A DNA stretch of 64,000 bases, from assembly GCA_051530055.1 (NCBI GenBank), contig CM121341.1:6798784-6862783 (forward strand), written 5' to 3'. The position numbers and the translations under genes were made by a program. The notes beneath the pieces were generated by a model, which was given only the letters and a program-made list of their open reading frames with translations, made no database searches and had not been told where the DNA came from. The DNA comes from Neoechinorhynchus agilis. Taxonomy: Eukaryota; Animalia; Acanthocephala. Each line of letters begins with the position of its first letter. Position 1 is the first letter of the stretch. Shown here one piece after another: positions 62,957 through 64,000 of this stretch.

Positions 62957-64000
62957 CTATAATAAGTTCTAATCAAAATGAAACCGTTGATAATTGCGAT
63001 TTTTATGCAATTGTAAACATTTTCTTGAAGAACCGACATTTTGTATTGTTTATTGAGACAATTTTTAAAGTTAAAGTATAGATAACTAAGTTCTAATCAA
63101 AATGAAAACTATGCAATTGTAAACATTTTCTTGTAGGACCGACATTTTGTATTGTTTATTGAGACAAAATTTGTAAAAGTTCTGATGGGAACGAAGGAAC
63201 ATCTTTATTTTCTTTTATTAGTTTTGCCATCCCGAATTTAAATTCACTAATTTATTTCCTCGATATTCCACGTCGGATAAACAATGACAAACCTTGACGA
63301 AATGTCGGAATTATCTGAGAAATGAAATATCGAGGAAATAAATTAGCGAATTTAAATTTCCGGGGTGGCAAAACTAAGAAAAAGAAACTATCTTTTCCCC
63401 GAAGATAATAATCCAGAACATCTTTATTTTCCTTTGTTTGTTGTTGTTGTTGTTGCGACTAACCATTTTCCAATTAAAACTCTACTCAATGGTGGGAGAG
63501 GTTTGAAAATTTAGAGCGAGACGGGTCGGGGCATTTGTAATTCTCCCTTTTTTCGACGGTGTCCTTTTCAGCACTTCACCGGCCCATAAAACTGCAAAGG
63601 ACAAGAATCGATTTGAAAATGGATATTTACGCCTGAAATTTCACGGCAGACTAAAAATCGGTACAATAAAATCGTCCAGTGTGATTAGACGAAATATTTC
63701 AATTAAAGTCAGTCTCATTTTCAATTGGTAGAAGTGATTTTTTTAGCTAATAATCCTAATTAATAATTCAAATAAAATGTAGTTTTGCGCTATCAAGATC
63801 TAAAAGCAAGATAGTGATAATTTAATTATAAAAAAATTATTTAAATTTAATTCTACCCGTGGCATTAATCACGACCCATCTCGAACGCCCCAATCGAAAT
63901 TGCGTCGGTAATTTTCAAACTAAACTTCAAAATAACGACTAAGGAAATTCTTAAAATTCTAATAAAGGAGGGGCGAAGGATATAAAATATCCCTTGGAAC

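Overview
This is an AT-rich (roughly one-third GC, by eye) eukaryotic window, almost certainly from a compact, fast-evolving invertebrate genome. It has many 40-60 nt spliceosomal introns, plus longer introns filled with repeats. Genes reconstructed by hand across introns: the 5' end of a proprotein-convertase-like gene, TOM40, a possible KNL1-like tandem-RWD protein, a ~2000-aa Ser/Gln/Glu-rich repeat protein, a Tweety-family channel, ADCK1, METTL14, NFX1, profilin, two tandem PLOD (collagen lysyl hydroxylase) paralogs, and the Rab escort protein CHM/REP. There is also a circularly permuted riboflavin kinase fragment. Intergenic DNA and long introns carry many foldback/MITE hairpins, several satellites, and truncated CRE-like, CR1/L2-like and Penelope-like retroelements. 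The most interesting observations are five. (1) Seven homology-anchored genes or gene fragments have a 3' splice acceptor fused directly to the start codon (YYYYAG|ATG), and the PLOD pair is separated by only ~69 nt; together these suggest spliced-leader trans-splicing and operons. (2) One PLOD copy has lost the glycosyltransferase catalytic residues but keeps an intact hydroxylase domain. (3) A hAT-type MITE inside NFX1 coding sequence appears to have become an intron. (4) A 48-nt G:U-paired hairpin with an in-frame TAG interrupts an ADCK1 exon. (5) The RFK fragment looks like ~1.2 turns of an integrated 467-bp DNA circle. All gene identities come from my recognition of motifs, not from database searches, and exon boundaries are manual.
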